This document shows, piece by piece, positions 61,211 through 64,000 of a DNA stretch of 64,000 nt (positions are counted from its first letter, which is position 1; every line of letters starts with the position of its first letter). The translations under genes were made by a program, and so were the position numbers. The notes under the pieces are model-generated. The model saw only the letters and a list, made by a program, of their open reading frames with translations, did not search any database and was not told where the DNA came from. Where the stretch lies: NCBI GenBank assembly GCA_900317935.1, contig ONIU01000004.1, positions 2,139 to 66,138 of the forward strand, in the 5' to 3' direction. This stretch comes from an uncultured bacterium. Its GTDB lineage: Bacteria > Muiribacteriota > Ozemobacteria > Ozemobacterales > Ozemobacteraceae.

Positions 61211-64000
61211 ATGATTACAAAGCAACAGCCTGTAACCGAAAAAGTTTTGATGGCCAGAGATCGACTGTTCGATAAAATACCGAACCTTATCGATATTCAG
61301 CTCAAATCTTTTGAATGGTTCCTCCAGGCAGGAAAAGAACCCAGTAAGAGAGTAAAACAAGGTCTTGAAGAAGTTTTTAGAGATGTATTTCCAATACAGG
61401 ATTATGTAGGAAATCTTTGCCTTGAATATCTTGATTACAATTTAGGTCTGCCGATGTGTAAAAATTGTCCGCAGGCTAAATTACGCAAGAAATGTTTGTT
61501 TGATGACTGTAGCTTCCCAGAAAAGGATTGTCAGATTGCTTTTATCGGTGATGCTCCATATAGAGTAAAGAGCAATCCAGATCAGTGCCGTAAGAGAGAT
61601 ATGACTTATTCTATTCCTTTGAATCTTCGTGTTCAGCTTGTTATGCAGCAGACAGGCGAAGTTAAGGAACAGGAAATTTTCTTGGTTAATTTGCCATGTA
61701 TGACTGAACGTGGTACTTTTATTATTAATGGTGCTGAACGTGTTATTGTTAGCCAGCTTCATAGAAGCCCAGGCGTTTACTACAGTTTTAACCGAGCTAA
61801 AAAATTATATTCTGCTAAGATAGTTCCTTATCGTGGTGCTTGGATGGAATTTGAATTGGATCTTATGAAAGATGCTATTTTCGTAAGACTAGACAGAAAG
61901 AGAAAAATCCCGATAACCACCTTCCTTAGAACACTAGGTTATAGTGATAACGAAAGTATATTAGAACTTTTCGATAACAATGAAACTATTGCAAATTCTT
62001 TGAATTATGATAAACAGTCTGTAAGCCGTGAAGAAGGCGAAGATAAAGTTGCTAAGGCTGTTACTGATTCATTAAAAGCTATTTTCAGTAAGTTGCGCCA
62101 GGGCGACCTCTTTGTTGAAGAAAACGCTAGAAACCTTATTAAAGGTTTGTTCTTCGATTCAAGAAAATATGACTTGGGCGATGTTGGCCGCTATAAAGTA
62201 GATAAAAAGCTCAGACTCGTCGACAGATTAGCTGATCAGGTAGCTTTTAAAGATATCGTTAACCCAGCTAACGGCGAAGTAATTGTTAAGGCTGACGAAA
62301 AGATTTCTAAAGAAGCTGCTGAAAAAATCGAACTTCTTCAGATTCCAGCTTATATAAAGATTGGTGAAGAACTTCGCGGTTATCGTGTAATGTACAATGC
62401 CGCCTGCGCTAATATCAATATGTTTGATGTTGAACAGGGTATCATTGATATCACTGGTAAAGTTGCTTATGAATCAATCATTGATAAGAACAGCGGTGAA
62501 GTTATTGTAGAAAAAGGTGCTGAAGTTCCTTCTGAAAGCATTGAACATATTAAAGAACTTGGTTTCGAAAGCCTTAAGTTCGTTAAAGACAGAGTTCTCT
62601 GCACTGAAGATATTATCGGTGTTATCAGATACTTGGTAGACCTTTCAAATGGTATTGGCCGTGTAGACGATATCGATCACCTCTCTAACAGACGTATCCG
62701 CCGCTGTGGTGAACTTCTCCAGAATCAGTTCCGTATTTCTCTCTCTAGAATGGAAAGAGTTATAAAGGAAAGAATGACTATTCATGATCTTGATAGTTAT
62801 ACACCTCAGCTTCTTATCAACACCAGACCTGTTTCTGCTGTAGTAGATGAATTCTTCGGCAGTTCTCAGTTGTCTCAGTTCATGGACCAGAACAACCCAT
62901 TAGCAGAACTTACTCACAAGAGAAGACTTTCTGCCCTTGGTCCTGGTGGTATCAAACGTGATAGAGCTGGTTTCGAAGTTCGTGACGTTCACCCGACTCA
63001 TGACGGTAGAATATGTCCTATTGAAACACCTGAAGGTCCAAACGCTGGTCTTATCGCTAGCTTGGCTGTATTCGCCAAAGTTGACGATTACGGTTTCTTA
63101 ACAACCCCTCTTTGTAAAGTTGATAAAGACACTGGCTTAATCCATTATGAAAATATGGAATACAAAGATGCCTATGATGAAGACCGCTATAAAGTTGGTC
63201 AGCCAGACTGCTACATCAGTGAAGACGGCTACATCATGGATAACACAATTCCAGCTAAATACTTCAGCGATGACTACGAATTCGACTACTTGCCGAAGTC
63301 TGAAATCGAATACATGAAGTATTCTCCACTTCAGATGGTTAGTGTTGCATCTGCTTTGATTCCATTCCTTGAACATGACGACGCAAACCGTGCATTGATG
63401 GGCACTAACATGCAACGTCAGGCTGTTCCTTTGATTCAGACTGAACCCGCTTATGTTGGAACAGGTCTTGAACCAAAAGCTGCTCACGACTCCGGTGCTG
63501 TTGTTCTTTCAAGAAGTAAAGGTACTGTATGCTATGTAGACGCTGACTGCGTTAAGATTCAGCGCCCAAGCCGCAGAAAAGATGATGAAAAAGTAAAAGT
63601 AACTGAAGCTGCTTTCCGTAAGATTCAGGGCCGCAAGATTATGGATACAATCGTAGACGATCTTACAGGCGAAATCATTATCGAAGCTGGTCAGCCTCTT
63701 GATATTACTTATCTTTCTAAGATAAAAGCTATTACTGATGAAGTTAGACTTCAACAGGAATCAATAGATACTTACAATCTTCAGAAGTTCTTGCGTTCTA
63801 ACCAGGGCACTTGTATTAATCAGATTCCAACCGTTAAGATTGGCGATAAAGTTCAGCCAGGAACTGTTCTTGCTGACGGTCCATCTACTTCTAACGGCGA
63901 ACTTGCTCTTGGTAGAAACTGCCTCATCGCATTCATGCCTTGGGAAGGGTACAACTACGAAGACGCCATTATCCTTTCTGAAAGAATGGTCACTGACGAT
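61211..64000 (+). CDS. rpoB: DNA-directed RNA polymerase beta subunit, N-terminal 930 codons (continues past window end)
   Basis: Open at the window end, so absent from the ORF track. My translation gives MITKQQPV...IPNLIDIQLKSFEWFL..., GTFIINGAERVIVSQLHRSPGVYY, GSSQLSQFMDQNNPLAELTHKRRLSALGPGG, ICPIETPEGPNAGLI, IPFLEHDDANRALMGTNMQRQAVPL, FMPWEGYNYEDAI. AAGGAG lies at 61193-61198. Confidence 0.97.
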   Translation, partial: MITKQQPVTEKVLMARDRLFDKIPNLIDIQLKSFEWFLQAGKEPSKRVKQGLEEVFRDVFPIQDYVGNLCLEYLDYNLGLPMCKNCPQAKLRKKCLFDDCSFPEKDCQIAFIGDAPYRVKSNPDQCRKRDMTYSIPLNLRVQLVMQQTGEVKEQEIFLVNLPCMTERGTFIINGAERVIVSQLHRSPGVYYSFNRAKKLYSAKIVPYRGAWMEFELDLMKDAIFVRLDRKRKIPITTFLRTLGYSDNESILELFDNNETIANSLNYDKQSVSREEGEDKVAKAVTDSLKAIFSKLRQGDLFVEENARNLIKGLFFDSRKYDLGDVGRYKVDKKLRLVDRLADQVAFKDIVNPANGEVIVKADEKISKEAAEKIELLQIPAYIKIGEELRGYRVMYNAACANINMFDVEQGIIDITGKVAYESIIDKNSGEVIVEKGAEVPSESIEHIKELGFESLKFVKDRVLCTEDIIGVIRYLVDLSNGIGRVDDIDHLSNRRIRRCGELLQNQFRISLSRMERVIKERMTIHDLDSYTPQLLINTRPVSAVVDEFFGSSQLSQFMDQNNPLAELTHKRRLSALGPGGIKRDRAGFEVRDVHPTHDGRICPIETPEGPNAGLIASLAVFAKVDDYGFLTTPLCKVDKDTGLIHYENMEYKDAYDEDRYKVGQPDCYISEDGYIMDNTIPAKYFSDDYEFDYLPKSEIEYMKYSPLQMVSVASALIPFLEHDDANRALMGTNMQRQAVPLIQTEPAYVGTGLEPKAAHDSGAVVLSRSKGTVCYVDADCVKIQRPSRRKDDEKVKVTEAAFRKIQGRKIMDTIVDDLTGEIIIEAGQPLDITYLSKIKAITDEVRLQQESIDTYNLQKFLRSNQGTCINQIPTVKIGDKVQPGTVLADGPSTSNGELALGRNCLIAFMPWEGYNYEDAIILSERMVTDD

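Noticed and set aside
60921-61762. Minus-strand ORFs at 60921-61106, 61061-61360, 61481-61762, 63137-63487 and 63509-63754.
   Set aside because: They are antisense to the rpoB leader or the rpoB coding frame. rpoB is unambiguous from its conserved motifs, so these are shadow ORFs.

Overview
This is an AT-rich chromosomal window from an unidentified diderm bacterium; the diderm call rests on an outer-membrane beta-barrel ending in Phe, an ExbB/TolQ gene, SecDF and a sigma-54 activator. I count about 60 protein genes, mostly housekeeping and often translationally coupled. In order they are: a YejABEF/Opp-type peptide ABC importer (3170-10141), BtpA, Smr, WecB, LarB-LarC, a ParB-like plus SPL-type radical-SAM pair, truA-rplM-rpsI and cdd-DUF1232-cheW-plsC. 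Then come a compact type IV filament/T2SS-like operon (29882-34302), an ATP-grasp ligase, ComEA plus a stand-alone ComEC-type MBL domain, NUDIX and a DHH-unknown-Clp1 kinase operon. The window ends with an RNase Z-like MBL gene plus an NtrC-type activator, SecDF, dtd, two tandem ~820-aa HEAT-repeat proteins, and the first 2.79 kb of rpoB. Both edge genes (ExbB-like at 1-349 and rpoB at 61211-64000) are open at the window borders and are missing from the ORF track. I recognised no rRNA, tRNA, CRISPR array, transposase or integrase. The most unusual content is non-coding. (1) A ~120-nt G+C-rich repeat occurs three times on the same strand, with substitutions that preserve its stems (11781, 22906, 60660). 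(2) Five long intergenic mosaics are packed with short G+C-rich hairpins and shuffled shared modules (11669-12074, 27887-28388, 28826-29389, 46515-46853, 60489-60949). (3) Arrays of short words with a 7-, 8- or 9-nt period occur, two of which run straight into start codons that lack a Shine-Dalgarno sequence (11174-11237, 52688-52820). The best protein-level candidates for something new are the bacterial Clp1-type polynucleotide kinase operon with a DHH phosphoesterase (39727-42828), the minimal divergent type IV filament operon, and the ParB-like/SPL-like radical-SAM pair. All family calls come from reading motifs by eye; no database search was possible.
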